Source: a virus
Lineage: Duplodnaviria > Caudoviricetes
Virus record (IMG/VR): IMGVR_UViG_3300044940_000380
Coordinates: 1-59,474 of that record
DNA length: 59,474 nucleotides
Direction: 5' to 3' (one strand)
A program made the position numbers and the translations under genes. Each line of letters starts with the position of its first letter. Position 1 is the stretch's first letter. This document shows, one piece after another, positions 59,042 to 59,474 of this stretch. Under the pieces are notes generated by a model that was not told the DNA's origin, ran no database searches, and saw only the letters and a program-made list of their open reading frames with translations.

Positions 59042-59474
59042 TTAATAACCTCCTGTAACGGTCACTGTCCAACCACGTGAACGTAGAGTGTCAATTGCTG
59101 CTTGACCTACTGCGCTTGGAGCTGAACCTCCTGATTGATTGAATACACGCGTTCCAGAATTAATTCCTGATGCAACTAGTGATACAAGTATATTATCTAT
59201 ACTAGTCTGTGTAAGATTTGTATTAGTGAAAGCATTAGTAAAATTGCCACCTCTTATATTATCAAACATATTTGCTGGAAAATGAGCTAATGAAGAACAA
59301 TTTCTCCAAGCTTCTTGAAAATTAGTTCCAGAACTAGTGTCAATCAGTGGAAAACTCGTAAGAGAAGAACAATTATGCCAAGTCGATTGAAAATTAATTC
59401 CAGAACTAGTATCAATCAATGGAAAACTCGTAAGAGAAGAACAATTATGCCAAGTCGATTGAAAATTAATTCCA
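59042..59474 (-). CDS. C-terminal part of a BspA/DUF285-like repeat protein (possible tail/receptor-binding); runs off window
   Basis: 24-aa repeats IDTSSG.NF...W.NCSSLTSFPL and cap ending L.SRGWTV. Confidence 0.7.
   Translation of the reverse strand, partial: GINFQSTWHNCSSLTSFPLIDTSSGINFQSTWHNCSSLTSFPLIDTSSGTNFQEAWRNCSSLAHFPANMFDNIRGGNFTNAFTNTNLTQTSIDNILVSLVASGINSGTRVFNQSGGSAPSAVGQAAIDTLRSRGWTVTVTGGY
59270..59474 (-). repeat. 72-bp coding tandem repeat
   Basis: GGAAAACTCG.. units at 59349 and 59421 identical over the visible overlap. Confidence 0.85.

Overview
AT-rich segment of a large T4-like (Straboviridae/Kyanoviridae-like) myophage genome, read in the standard genetic code. A spanin pair implies a Gram-negative host. 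Core genes: primase gp61, DHFR, thymidylate synthase, a class II-type ribonucleotide reductase, RNase H, dNMP kinase, RuvC-like nuclease, PhoH, PAAR and the head genes gp21-gp22-gp23 on the minus strand with TATAAATA late promoters. There is a compact lysis cassette (GH19 endolysin, i/o-spanin, holin) and many small genes behind their own TTGACA-N17-TATATT promoters. The tRNA region has 5 intact tRNAs, several decayed ones and two promoter-linked structured non-tRNA RNAs; one carries two copies of a 34-nt covarying loop motif on unrelated stems. Next comes a birth-and-death array of His-rich 26-aa HEAT/LRV-like repeat proteins with capsid-targeting-like N-termini and hypervariable positions, then tandem His-rich ADP-ribosyltransferases. 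Four Hef-like endonuclease/GNAT-like fusion genes surround the capsid genes. All calls come from visual motif recognition; no searches were run.
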